In this document: positions 52,878 through 62,584 of the stretch, one piece after another
Layout: the number at the start of each line of letters is the position of its first letter
How positions within the stretch are numbered: position 1 is the first letter of the stretch
DNA from: Desulfocapsa sp.
GTDB taxonomy: Bacteria; Desulfobacterota; Desulfobulbia; Desulfobulbales; Desulfocapsaceae
Reading direction: 5' to 3'
Length of the DNA stretch: 64,000 nt
NCBI GenBank assembly: GCA_029934815.1
Contig: JAOZLM010000001.1
Span: 41-64,040 of the forward strand
The notes under the pieces: model-generated
What the model was told of the DNA's origin: nothing
The model's database searches: none
Seen by the model: only the letters and a program-made list of their open reading frames with translations
Made by a program: the position numbers and the translations under genes

Positions 52878-53962
52878 CAGGTACTCTGTTTGTGAAGGAA
52901 GACAAAACCGGTAAACCCGAAAAAGATGTGAATGAGCACTGCTGCAATAAGCGGTGAAAGGTACCCGGCTTTAGCAAGAGATTGTAGTGCGCCCCATATC
53001 CCCCAGGCCACAAAAGCCATACCGCAACTCACCGGAATGGCAACGGAAAGGTCTTTTCCCCATTTCCGGTAGGAAAGCATAAGCATGGGCAGTCCCATAA
53101 AGAGCAGTGGAATCCCTAGTAGCGTATAAGAGAGCCGGCTGTAAAAGTTTGTTTGAGCAATAACTGTTTTACTTTCACTGTCTTGCTTAAACATCGCCTG
53201 AAAGAGTTGGGTTAGCGATAGCTCAGCAGATTGATGCTTTGGTACAAAAAAGAATTGGGGGCTTTCCGGGAATGAAAAATTTTGCTCAGTAAATAATGTG
53301 GTGTGAAAATCATTCGGGTTAATATTACGTTGAATCTGCCCTTTTTTGAGGAGCCAGCCATTTTTACTTGTCCACTCTGCAGATTTGGATGAAACCAGTG
53401 TTTCAAGTTTGTGCTCAGGATTCCAGCTGGAATAGGAAAAATCCAGGAATACATTCCGTTTTGGCCAGGGTCTGACAAAGGAATAAAATCCTTCTTTCCC
53501 TTTATAGTAATAACGTCCGTTTCGATAAATACCAAGGGGCACCATGCCTTTAACATTCTCGTACCAGATGGTATTGGTGGTGCTGACGGTTTTTGGTAAT
53601 ACCCATTGTGCCATGGCCAGAAACAGCATGGTTAAGAGCAGAGCACCAATCAGGATCGGGTTAATAATAGTACGAAGATGGATGCCGCCAGCCATCATTG
53701 CGGTGAGTTCGTTGTTGTGACTGAGAACACCAAGGCTGATAACTCCGGCCAGCAGGATAAGAACCGGCCCCAGCATATCAATGATAAAAGGAATGGAGAG
53801 TATGAAAAATTGTAAAACAAGCCAGATTGACTGACCTGTTTCCATGAATTTATCTATTTTTTCAAAGAAATCCACAAGGATGTAAATTGCCACAAAGGCA
53901 ACAGTTACAACCAGAAAATTGCGGATAAACTGCGTAATTATATATCGACTAAGGAGATTCAC
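52877..53962 (-). CDS. LptF/LptG-family LPS export permease (LptG-like)
   Basis: LLSRYI, NNELTAMMAGG, 3 TM + periplasmic domain + 3 TM, LSPLIAA. Confidence 0.88.
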   Translation of the reverse strand: MNLLSRYIITQFIRNFLVVTVAFVAIYILVDFFEKIDKFMETGQSIWLVLQFFILSIPFIIDMLGPVLILLAGVISLGVLSHNNELTAMMAGGIHLRTIINPILIGALLLTMLFLAMAQWVLPKTVSTTNTIWYENVKGMVPLGIYRNGRYYYKGKEGFYSFVRPWPKRNVFLDFSYSSWNPEHKLETLVSSKSAEWTSKNGWLLKKGQIQRNINPNDFHTTLFTEQNFSFPESPQFFFVPKHQSAELSLTQLFQAMFKQDSESKTVIAQTNFYSRLSYTLLGIPLLFMGLPMLMLSYRKWGKDLSVAIPVSCGMAFVAWGIWGALQSLAKAGYLSPLIAAVLIHIFFGFTGFVFLHKQST

Positions 53963-53968
53963 GTAAAA

Positions 53969-54349
53969 TTATCCGCGCAGGAATTTGTGGGTCAGCATAA
54001 AACCAACAGCCACCATGCTTAATCCCAGAAAATTAGAAAGTATCAGATAGGTAAATGCTTGAATGTGCTCACCAGTTTTAAAAAGTTGTATAGTTTCCCG
54101 GGCGTAGGTGGAAAAGGTGGTAAATCCCCCCAGGAAACCGGTGAACAGAAATAAGCGGAATTCATTGCTGATCTGGATTCGATCAAATAGCGACCAGAAT
54201 ACCCCAATCAGCAGACAGCCAAGAAGATTGGCTAAAAGAGTCCCAAGCGGTAGTGCTTCCGTATGGTAATCACTGGCTACCAGCTGGACAAGATACCTTC
54301 CGACTGCACCAAGGCTGCCACCAAGGGCTATGGCTAAAATTTTTTCCAT
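53969..54349 (-). CDS. crcB: Fluoride channel Fluc/CrcB
   Basis: GGSLGAVGRY, GTLLANLLG, GFLGGFTTFST. Confidence 0.96.
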   Translation of the reverse strand: MEKILAIALGGSLGAVGRYLVQLVASDYHTEALPLGTLLANLLGCLLIGVFWSLFDRIQISNEFRLFLFTGFLGGFTTFSTYARETIQLFKTGEHIQAFTYLILSNFLGLSMVAVGFMLTHKFLRG

Positions 54350-54514
54350 ACTGTTTGAGATTTTATTGAAAAAGGGTATGTTTTAAAAGAATTTATATTA
54401 GCATACCTGAGTTTCAGTGCTAATAAGGCAAGCATATAACGTTCCGCAAGATCAGATTCTGTAGGTAACATCATACCTTCCCAAGGTCAAGAAAACTAGG
54501 TAATTGAGTAGAAA

Positions 54515-56137
54515 ATGAAAGCAATTGTTTCTGTGCAACAAGTTGAGGCCAGCGCACCCGGCCTCAGTGATAATACCGCCGACCTGGATCGCTTGCAGCA
54601 GGCTCTTTCCGGCACACTTCAGGACGAACGGCCATTGTCTGTGCCCTATTCATGTATGACAACTGTCGCACGAGGGTTTCGTGATGCAGGATTTAAGGGC
54701 TATGCTCTTCTCAATAATCTTGAGAAAAGCCGGGCAATTGTAGGGTTTAGTAAAGCAAAGCCAGTTGTTGTGGCAGCAATGGCGCTTGATTTGGGTACCA
54801 CTCATCTCGAAGCAAGCTTATTGAACCTGCAAAATGGCGAGAAAATTGCGTCTGCAAACCTTGAAAATGCACAAATTCGTTTTGGCGCTGATATCCTCAG
54901 TCGTATTCATCATGCAACTGCTGCACGTCGTCAGCAAAAGACTCTGGCGCCTGATTTTCAGGACGTAGGGCTGGATGAATTACAAGCTACCATTATTACA
55001 TGCATTAATGATCTTGCAGATGAGCTGGCAGAAAAAGCGGGCATCCCGGTAGCTGAAATTCGAGCTTTATCTGTATCCGGAAATACCACCATGGCGCATC
55101 TGTTTTTAGGGGTTGATCCCTTTACTCTCTGTCGTGAGCCTTATATCCCACTATTTAATCGTGCGACTGGAATAGAAGCAGGACAATTAAACCTGGTTAT
55201 TAGCCCTGTGGCACCACTTTTTATAATGCCATCAATCGGTAGCTATTTCGGTGGTGATTTGATTTCTGGTATTCTTGCATCCGGCATGGCACGTTCTGAA
55301 AAAACACGAATGCTCATCGATGTGGGAACAAATGCAGAAGTTGTGCTGGGCAATTCTGAATGGCTCATCGCCTGTGCAGGAGCAGCAGGCCCGGCCCTTG
55401 AAGGAGGTGTCGCCCGTATGGGGATGCGGGCGGGGGCAGGTGCCATCGAGTATGTCGCTATTGACCCAAAAACGTTTGCCGTTGAATACAGAACCATAGG
55501 AGATGTCGCTCCCATTGGTTTATGCGGATCAGGTCTGATTGATCTTGTGGCAGCCCTGTATCTGACGCAACTAATAGATATTCGGGGGAAATTCAGAGAC
55601 CCGGCCAAAGAAAAAGATCCGGAACGTCTGGAATTTATGAAAAAATATCTTCAGCTACGAAATGATGATTTCTGTTTTGTACTCACCGCCACAGACGAAA
55701 ATGACAGGGCAGAAGATGTAGTTCTTGAACAGATTGATCTGGATGCAATGATCCGCTCAAAAGCAGCTATGTATGCAATTCTTCGCACACTGCTCAACCA
55801 GGTCGGACTCAGTTTCCAGGAGCTTGAGGAGATTACGGTAGCTGGAGCATTCGGTCGACATATAAATCCTGAACGTGCAATAACCCTTGGCATGCTGCCG
55901 GATCTTCCCCTCTCAACATATCGTCCCATCGGCAATAGCTCTTTGCAGGGTGCAGAATTGGTATTGCTTGATGATGAAGCACGTAATGAGTGTGAAAAGA
56001 TCGTATCAAGCATCACGTATCTTGAACTCAACGTGAATCAGGAATTTATGATTCGTTTTTCCGGAGCACGTTTTATTCCGCATACAGATCCATCACTTTT
56101 CCCTTCAGTCCCATTATTTACCCATTCAGACAGCTGA
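54515..56137 (+). CDS. ASKHA ATPase of the RACo/RamA (DUF4445) type, lacking an Fe-S domain
   Basis: DLGTT, GADILSRI, IDVGTNAE, AAGPALEG, GLCGSGLID, AGAFG. Confidence 0.88.
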   Translation: MKAIVSVQQVEASAPGLSDNTADLDRLQQALSGTLQDERPLSVPYSCMTTVARGFRDAGFKGYALLNNLEKSRAIVGFSKAKPVVVAAMALDLGTTHLEASLLNLQNGEKIASANLENAQIRFGADILSRIHHATAARRQQKTLAPDFQDVGLDELQATIITCINDLADELAEKAGIPVAEIRALSVSGNTTMAHLFLGVDPFTLCREPYIPLFNRATGIEAGQLNLVISPVAPLFIMPSIGSYFGGDLISGILASGMARSEKTRMLIDVGTNAEVVLGNSEWLIACAGAAGPALEGGVARMGMRAGAGAIEYVAIDPKTFAVEYRTIGDVAPIGLCGSGLIDLVAALYLTQLIDIRGKFRDPAKEKDPERLEFMKKYLQLRNDDFCFVLTATDENDRAEDVVLEQIDLDAMIRSKAAMYAILRTLLNQVGLSFQELEEITVAGAFGRHINPERAITLGMLPDLPLSTYRPIGNSSLQGAELVLLDDEARNECEKIVSSITYLELNVNQEFMIRFSGARFIPHTDPSLFPSVPLFTHSDS

Positions 56138-56154
56138 GATGTCTTTCGGTGGAC

Positions 56155-56184
56155 TTGCACTTTAGTGAAATGGTATGCTATAGT
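56155..56184 (+). promoter_or_regulatory. Putative sigma70 promoter of the DHH gene
   Basis: TTGCAC-18 nt-TATAGT with an extended TG. Confidence 0.45.
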
Positions 56185-56292
56185 TGCGGTTGTTGTTTAA
56201 TTGGCTTTGCTCAAAAAGCCCTTTGGAACAAATAATCTGTTCAGTGTATATTTTGTGTTAAGTACATTGAATTAAAATAAAATATAAGGGGA

Positions 56293-57339
56293 ATGCAGCG
56301 ATTTTATTATGCTGCCGAACTGTGTATGGCTCGAAAAAAACGGAATCACGGTTGTCACCTGGCGGCGAGAACAAGCGCTAAGGAACGGTTGGAAAGATTG
56401 TGGGAAGTTTTTGAAAAAGAAGATAACGTGCTTGTCTGCATTAACGCTGATCCTGATGCTCTGGCCTGTGCTTTGGCGATTAAACGTCTGTTACGGTACC
56501 GGGTAAAATCAGTCATAATTGCTCATCCAAATGAAATAAGACGGTTGAATAATGTGGCAATGGTTGAGCGCTTGAAGATTCCTCTGGCACGTATGGGGAA
56601 TGTCAAAGTAAATGACTTTTCTAAAAAAGTGCTGGTTGATTCTCAGCCAACGCACCTGCCGGTATTTGAGCGGATAGCGTTTGATGCAATCATCGATCAT
56701 CATCCCCTGAAATGCAGCTATGAATCATCTTTTGTGGATATAAGACCGCAATATGGCTCCTGTTCTACCATGCTGGTGGAGTATTTGCGGGCTGCCAACA
56801 TGAAACCGTCTGCTGCGCTGGCAACGGCTCTTTTCTATGCGATTAAGGTTGATACCCAGGATTTCTCAAAACAATCTGTTCTGGCCGATGGTATCTCCTT
56901 TCGTTATCTGTTTAACCTTGCTAACCGCAATCTCGTAAAAAAATTCGAGCTTACGGATCTCAGGCGCTCGGAGCTTAAATATTTTACTCTGGCTCTTAAT
57001 GAGCTGAAATACTCCAAAGGTCGTTACTATAGCCATCTTGGAAATGTAAGAAGCCCGGATATTCTTGTAAATATAGCTGATTTCTTAAACCATGTGGATA
57101 AAATTGACTGGGTTCTTGTGTCCGGAATCCACAAGGGCAAATTAGTGGTGATTTTTCGTTGTGACGGGTATCGCAAGAGTGCCGGTAAACTCGCAGAGCG
57201 AATATTTGGTGCAGTAGGCTCTGCCGGTGGCCACAAAGAAGCAGCACGCGCTGAGGTTCCTCTGGAAAATCTGGAACTTGGAGATAAAGAATTTACGACA
57301 CGTACTTTAAAACGTTTGGCAACAAGACACATGAAATAA
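56293..57339 (+). CDS. DHH-family phosphoesterase (NrnA-like)
   Basis: ADPDA, LVD, IIDHH, DT and SAGGH motifs. Confidence 0.9.
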   Translation: MQRFYYAAELCMARKKRNHGCHLAARTSAKERLERLWEVFEKEDNVLVCINADPDALACALAIKRLLRYRVKSVIIAHPNEIRRLNNVAMVERLKIPLARMGNVKVNDFSKKVLVDSQPTHLPVFERIAFDAIIDHHPLKCSYESSFVDIRPQYGSCSTMLVEYLRAANMKPSAALATALFYAIKVDTQDFSKQSVLADGISFRYLFNLANRNLVKKFELTDLRRSELKYFTLALNELKYSKGRYYSHLGNVRSPDILVNIADFLNHVDKIDWVLVSGIHKGKLVVIFRCDGYRKSAGKLAERIFGAVGSAGGHKEAARAEVPLENLELGDKEFTTRTLKRLATRHMK

Positions 57340-57375
57340 TTGTTTTTGTATGAAGAGTTGTGGTATGATAGTACT

Positions 57376-57465
57376 GATAACTTTGCAGAAAACCTTAAAA
57401 TTTCAGATGGCTAGTGGACTCTCCATAAGCAGGATGCTGTGATGGAAAGTTTTTACAAGGCCATA
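57376..57465 (+). repeat. Degenerate, internally deleted family A copy
   Basis: GATAAC...AAAATTTCAGATGGCTA left end and AGTTTTTACAAGGCCAT right end; central hairpin absent. Confidence 0.5.
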
Positions 57466-57478
57466 TTGGTGGTACCTA

Positions 57479-58747
57479 TTGAAGCCTTCTACCCTCGCAA
57501 TGATACTGGCTGGCGGCCGTGTTGATGAACTGGACGTCCTTACTTATTATCGTCCTAAATCTGCCGTTCCTTTTGGTGGTTTCGCCAGAGTAATTGATTT
57601 TCCCTTAAGCAATCTCCTCCATTCAGGAATCGAACAGATTGCTATCCTCTCGCAGTATCGAAGTTATTCTCTTCTTAATCATATCGGTACCGGTGCATCC
57701 TGGGACATGGTTGGCCGTGATCGAGGCGTTTCTATTCTTCCCCCGGTTAAAGGGAATTCTGATCTGAAAGCCGCCACAGACTGGTATCGTGGTACAGCAG
57801 ACGCAGTATATAAAAATCTTGATTTTATCCGTTATCACAATCCGGAAGAAATCCTGATTCTGTCAGGAGATCATATCTATAAAATGGATTATCAGGATAT
57901 TATCAGCTATCACCATCAGAAAGATGCAGATCTGACCGTTGCATTCCTGAAAGTCCCAAGAGATGAAGCAAAGCGCTTTGGCGTAGCGGCCATTGATGAT
58001 GAAGATGGTGAACTTGGTGGTCGGGTAACAGCTTATTGGGAAAAACCTGAAAATCCGGAAGCAGACTGGGCATCCCTTACTGTGCTTGTTTTTAAACCCG
58101 AAGTTTTATACAAGGCACTGGAGGAAAATCAACAAGCCGATTCCTTCGAATTTGGAAAAGATATTATTCCCCAGGTACTGGCCGCCGGTAAAAAAGTGTA
58201 CGGCTATAAATATAAAGGATACTGGGGCTATACCCGCACGGTTGAAGAATACTGGCAGTCTAATATGGATCTGTTGGGAGATAATCCTCCCATTGACATG
58301 GAAGACTGGGGACTTCGTACTAATATGGATCACCGTGGCATTCGTGATGCGCAGCCTGCCCTTATCGGAAGTGATGCTATCGTGGAGAACAGTTTGGTCT
58401 ATAATGGCTGCGTGGTTGAAGGAACAGTTCGTAATTCCATCCTTTTTCCCGGTGTGAAAGTGGCAAAGGGAGCAATAGTTGAAAATTCTGTTCTCTTTTT
58501 CAATAATAAAATTGCTGAAAACTGTTCCTTAAATAAGGTTATCACAGATGTGAACTCCAGTTTTGGGGATTCTGTCTCCATCGGGCTAAAAGTTGGCGAA
58601 ACAGACGGTGCGGTGACTGTGGTTGGCTGGGACAATCATGTGCCACAGGGTATGGCCATAGGCGTCGGGGCGACTGTTTATCCTCACCTTGAACAGGGTA
58701 AGTGGCCACAGAATAATGTAGTTGCGGCAGGGGAGGTGCTGAAATGA
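57479..58747 (+). CDS. Glucose-1-phosphate adenylyltransferase paralogue, GlgD-like (TTG start)
   Basis: RPKSAVPFGG, WYRGTADAV, LSGDHIY, EKP; glycine-rich loop altered to GGRVDEL. Confidence 0.85.
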   Translation: MKPSTLAMILAGGRVDELDVLTYYRPKSAVPFGGFARVIDFPLSNLLHSGIEQIAILSQYRSYSLLNHIGTGASWDMVGRDRGVSILPPVKGNSDLKAATDWYRGTADAVYKNLDFIRYHNPEEILILSGDHIYKMDYQDIISYHHQKDADLTVAFLKVPRDEAKRFGVAAIDDEDGELGGRVTAYWEKPENPEADWASLTVLVFKPEVLYKALEENQQADSFEFGKDIIPQVLAAGKKVYGYKYKGYWGYTRTVEEYWQSNMDLLGDNPPIDMEDWGLRTNMDHRGIRDAQPALIGSDAIVENSLVYNGCVVEGTVRNSILFPGVKVAKGAIVENSVLFFNNKIAENCSLNKVITDVNSSFGDSVSIGLKVGETDGAVTVVGWDNHVPQGMAIGVGATVYPHLEQGKWPQNNVVAAGEVLK

Positions 58748-60009
58748 GAAGGAAAAAAGAAGCATTGGTTCTGCTCCTTGCCGGTGGTGTTGGCAGTCGT
58801 TTAAATATTCTGGTGCAGAGCCGGGCAAAACCCGCAGTCCCGTTTGCAGGTATGTACCGGATTATCGATTTCAGTCTCAGTAATGTGATGAACTCAGGGC
58901 TTACCAAGGTCGGGGTGCTCACCCAATACAAGCCCCTTTCCCTTATGCGGCACCTGGGTACTGGTGAAGCCTGGGATTTTACCGGACGAAGCAGAGGGGT
59001 GAAAATTCTGCCGCCCCACACCGGATTTCAGGATTCGGACTGGTATAAAGGGACAGCCGATGCTGTTCGTCAAAACATTGATTTTCTCGAAAAAAATCCT
59101 GCGGATGAAGTGGTGCTTCTTTCCGGGGATCATATTTACAATATGGATTTTGATGCAATGCTCGAAATGCATCGCTTCAAAAAAGCGGATGTAACCATTG
59201 GCATGATGGTTGTTCCCATGAGTGAGATTCATCAATTCGGTGCCGGCATCATCGATAATGAAAATCGAATCATTGACTGGGAAGAAAAGCCTGAGAATCC
59301 CAAAACAAATCTGGCATCCATGGGGATTTATGTCTTTGATTACAAATATCTCTTAGATTCTCTCTACAAAGATAAAGCAGAAGTCGATTTTGGTATGCAC
59401 ATTCTCCCCCGGGCAATTGCCGAGGATAATGTCTTCGCCTATCCTTTTTACGGCTATTGGCGTGATGTGGGAACGATACAGTCCTATTGGGAAGCCAATA
59501 TGGATGTGATTAGAAAAGACAGCCCACTCTCACCGGAAGCCTGGGGCATACGAACAAATATTGAAGCAGACGGCCTGCCGGCAGACCGGGCTCCGGCAAG
59601 ATTTGGAAATAATGCTAAAGTCAGCTCTTCAATGATATCTGCTGGTTGCATTATTCGGGGTACGGTGGAAAACTCAGTACTGGCACCTGGTGTAGTGGTT
59701 GAAGAGGGTGCCGTTATCCGGGATTCAATCCTGTTTGCCGATTGCGTTGTGGGTAAAAACAGTGAAGTTGATCTTGCTATTTTTGATAAGCGAGTGCAGG
59801 TTGAAGGAGATGCTAAGGTGGGAGTGGGAAATAATCACACCATCCCTAATATCGAAAATCCTAAACATCTTTACACGGGGATTAGTCTGGTTGGAAAAGG
59901 TGCGTGTGTTCCTTCAGGGATCAGTATCGGCAGGAATTGCATAGTAAACTCCCATGCCACATCAAGTGCCTATCCCGGAAAAGACGTTGAGGACGGCCAC
60001 ACTGTTTGA
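58744..60009 (+). CDS. glgC: Glucose-1-phosphate adenylyltransferase
   Basis: LAGGVGSRL, RAKPAVPF, LSGDHIY, EEKP, YWRDVGT. Confidence 0.93.
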   Translation: MRRKKEALVLLLAGGVGSRLNILVQSRAKPAVPFAGMYRIIDFSLSNVMNSGLTKVGVLTQYKPLSLMRHLGTGEAWDFTGRSRGVKILPPHTGFQDSDWYKGTADAVRQNIDFLEKNPADEVVLLSGDHIYNMDFDAMLEMHRFKKADVTIGMMVVPMSEIHQFGAGIIDNENRIIDWEEKPENPKTNLASMGIYVFDYKYLLDSLYKDKAEVDFGMHILPRAIAEDNVFAYPFYGYWRDVGTIQSYWEANMDVIRKDSPLSPEAWGIRTNIEADGLPADRAPARFGNNAKVSSSMISAGCIIRGTVENSVLAPGVVVEEGAVIRDSILFADCVVGKNSEVDLAIFDKRVQVEGDAKVGVGNNHTIPNIENPKHLYTGISLVGKGACVPSGISIGRNCIVNSHATSSAYPGKDVEDGHTV

Positions 60010-60118
60010 TCAGAACAATGGCTGAGAAGGATGCAGCAGCCAGAATTCTACAGCTCTATTGAAATGGCTGGCAGTTGTACCGCTTAAGTGTTATATGCTA
60101 GCCTCTACTCGCAAGACT

Positions 60119-60195
60119 GGTCCCGTAGCTCAGTAGGATAGAGCACTAGATTCCTAATCTAGGTGTCGCGCGTTCGAATCGCGCCGGGATCACCA
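60119..60195 (+). tRNA. tRNA-Arg(CCT)
   Basis: GGTCCCG/CGGGATC acceptor stem, CTAGA-TTCCTAA-TCTAG anticodon arm, GTTCGAATC, CCA. Confidence 0.96.
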
Positions 60196-60318
60196 GTTTA
60201 TTCTCTACGCATAAGAAAAGACAATTTGTCAGCCTGTTTCTCCTTGCTCCCGCTTGCTTCTGGTCACCTACCCTTCAGTTTGAAATAGATAACAGAACTC
60301 AGATATAAAAACTGCCAA

Positions 60319-60357
60319 TTGACCTTGGTGTTATTGCGTATTACAATATGTAATACG
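60319..60357 (+). promoter_or_regulatory. TA promoter with overlapping palindromic operator
   Basis: TTGACC-17 nt-TACAAT; palindrome CGTATTACA-ATA-TGTAATACG (60337..60357) covers the -10 box. Confidence 0.8.
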
Positions 60358-60367
60358 GAGGTGTGGC

Positions 60368-60610
60368 ATGATAACATTAAGACTAGATCAACAGTTAGAG
60401 CAACAGATTAATAATACGGCAAAAAATCTTGGAGTAACTAAGTCTGAATTAATCAGGAAAAGTATTGGTGAATATCTTAGTAAGCTTGAACAACCTAATG
60501 CCTGGGAACTTGGAGAAGATATATTTGGTAAATATTCAAGTGGGCTAGGTAATTTATCCTCAGACAGAAAAGAATTAATTCAAAGCAAAATCAGAGCTAA
60601 GAGAACATGA
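60368..60610 (+). CDS. Ribbon-helix-helix (CopG-like) antitoxin
   Basis: MITLRLD...GVTKSELIRKSI; 4-nt overlap with the PIN gene. Confidence 0.88.
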   Translation: MITLRLDQQLEQQINNTAKNLGVTKSELIRKSIGEYLSKLEQPNAWELGEDIFGKYSSGLGNLSSDRKELIQSKIRAKRT

Positions 60611-61017
60611 AGAAGGTTCTCATTGATTCTGGTCCTTTAATTGCCCTATTTGATGCATCAGATAAATACCACAGTAAAGCTGTTGATTTTGTAAAGTCGA
60701 ATAAATACCCTTTGGTTACAACCATAGCATCGGTTACAGAAACGCTCCATTTGTTAGATTTCAATAGAAATGCTCAAATAGATTTTATTGATTGGGTACA
60801 TAAGGGGGCTGTTGAAATTCACAATATTGAAAATTGCGATTTTAAAAGACTTAAAGAGTTAACCGATAAATATCGTGACTTACCTATGGATTTTGCTGAT
60901 TCCTGTTTAGTGTACCTTGCAGAAAAATTAAGCCTTAATACCATCGCAACCATTGATCGTGACTTTACGATTTATCGTATAAAGGGAAGAAGAAAATTCA
61001 AAATCATTCTTTCGTAA
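60607..61017 (+). CDS. PIN-domain (VapC-like) toxin
   Basis: LIDSG, TE, MDFADS and TIDRDF acidic motifs. Confidence 0.92.
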   Translation: MKKVLIDSGPLIALFDASDKYHSKAVDFVKSNKYPLVTTIASVTETLHLLDFNRNAQIDFIDWVHKGAVEIHNIENCDFKRLKELTDKYRDLPMDFADSCLVYLAEKLSLNTIATIDRDFTIYRIKGRRKFKIILS

Positions 61018-61060
61018 AGCACTCTTAACCTTTCAGTACTTTTATAATAAATCGACTTGG

Positions 61061-61726
61061 TTACGCATAAAACCGGGTAAACGATTCAACCTCTTCACGT
61101 GGTGTCCGATAGCTGTTTATTGCAGCGCTGGTATCCTCATACCCAAGAGCCATTCCACATACCAGTGTTGAGTCCTGTGGATATCCTAAATTCTCTTTTA
61201 TTATTTCAGGAAACTCAGAAAGTGAGGCCTGGGTGCAGGTAGACAAGCCGTATTCCATGGCACTCAACATGATTGATTGCAAAAACATACCGCAGTCAAG
61301 AAAAGCTCCGGTCTGCATTGTCGAATCCAGAAAGAAAAGCAGCATAACCGGGGCATCAAAGGAGCGGTAGTTTGCAGTCCACTGTTCAAAGCGTCTCTGT
61401 TTCTCTTTTCGCTGGATATCTAATGCATTGTACATCTGCCGGCCGCAATTTACTCTTCGCCGTTTGTAGGGGTGTTTCCATGTTAATGGATAATACTGGA
61501 AATCGCCCTTTCTGCTCTCTTCGCTTCTGAAACTGTCTTCAATTTTGCTTTGGAGTTTTTGTTTGCTGCTACCTGTGACCACTGCAACCTGCCAGGGCTG
61601 CATATTGGCACCGGAAGGAGTATGGCTGGCTGCAGCAAGGATTGCTTTTATCTTCTCCGGTTCAACGTTTTTGTTGAGGAAAGCACGTACGGATCTTCGT
61701 TGTCGCAGGGCATCTTCTGTATTCAT
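61061..61726 (-). CDS. Nitroreductase family protein
   Basis: RRSVRAF, PSGANMQPW, FDAP, DCGMFLQ, GMALGY. Confidence 0.93.
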   Translation of the reverse strand: MNTEDALRQRRSVRAFLNKNVEPEKIKAILAAASHTPSGANMQPWQVAVVTGSSKQKLQSKIEDSFRSEESRKGDFQYYPLTWKHPYKRRRVNCGRQMYNALDIQRKEKQRRFEQWTANYRSFDAPVMLLFFLDSTMQTGAFLDCGMFLQSIMLSAMEYGLSTCTQASLSEFPEIIKENLGYPQDSTLVCGMALGYEDTSAAINSYRTPREEVESFTRFYA

Positions 61727-61748
61727 GATCTGTCTTTTTGAAATTCAT

Positions 61749-61784
61749 AAAAAAAAGCCCCTGCGAAAGTAAACGCAGGGGCTT
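61749..61784 (-). terminator. Intrinsic terminator of the rubrerythrin gene
   Basis: AAGCCCCTGCG...CGCAGGGGCTT with an A8 run on the low-coordinate side. Confidence 0.88.
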
Positions 61785-61818
61785 AAAAAATCATCCACAG
61801 GAGTGGGAGATCATTTGT

Positions 61819-62364
61819 TTAGGAAAAGTATCTGTTAAGGAGGCCTTGGAAAGCCATTCCGTGACGAGCTTCATCTTTACACATCTCATGAACGGAGTCA
61901 TGGATGGCGTCGAGGTTGGCTTTTTTAGCAGCCACTGCGATGTCTTTTTTACCCTGACAGGCACCATGCTCAGCAGCAACACGGGCTTCAAGGTTTTCTT
62001 TGGTGGATGCAACTACTACTTCACCGAGCATTTCAGCAAAACGTGATGCGTGTTCTGCCTCTTCCCATGCGATACGTTTGTATGCTTCTGCAACTTCTGG
62101 ATATCCTTCGCGATCAGCCTGACGGCTCATGGCAAGATACATTCCAACTTCGGTACATTCACCGGTAAAGTTGGCACGAAGTCCTTCAAGGATTTCAGGA
62201 TCAATACCTTTTGCAACACCGATAACATGCTCATCAGCCCAAGCAAGCTCACCATCTACCAGCTCTTTGAATTTATCCTGTGTTGCACCACACTGAGGAC
62301 ATTTCTCTGGTGCTGTATCACCCTCTGCTACATAACCGCATACTGAACAAGAAAACTTAGCCAT
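61819..62364 (-). CDS. Reverse rubrerythrin (NADH peroxidase)
   Basis: N-terminal CSVCGY...CPQCG, then a diiron domain with [20 protein letters not shown]. Confidence 0.93.
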   Translation of the reverse strand: MAKFSCSVCGYVAEGDTAPEKCPQCGATQDKFKELVDGELAWADEHVIGVAKGIDPEILEGLRANFTGECTEVGMYLAMSRQADREGYPEVAEAYKRIAWEEAEHASRFAEMLGEVVVASTKENLEARVAAEHGACQGKKDIAVAAKKANLDAIHDSVHEMCKDEARHGMAFQGLLNRYFS

Positions 62365-62584
62365 TGTATTACTCCTAAATTGAAATTATTATTGTTTGTT
62401 GCTGAAAATAACTATTCCCATATAGTATGTATTTCTAAAAAGAAAGGCAAGGGAAAAGTTCATTTTTTTTTGATATAAAAGGCAGAATTATTTCAAGAGA
62501 GATTTGTCGTCTGCTAATTGCTGGAGAAACCGGCGTTTTTCTACTTTGTGGTAGTTTTCCGGGCGGAAAATTAAATTGTGTTAG

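Noticed and set aside
54350-54514. Fluoride riboswitch upstream of crcB
   Set aside because: The GGCGATGG...CGCC and GCTGATG core motifs were not found on the minus strand.
18623-57465. Dispersed repeats as a CRISPR array
   Set aside because: They are isolated long hairpins with no repeat-spacer periodicity, and no cas genes are present.
62378-62422. Fur/PerR-like box upstream of reverse rubrerythrin
   Set aside because: The region is AT-rich with only partial dyad symmetry; it needs a matrix search to support.
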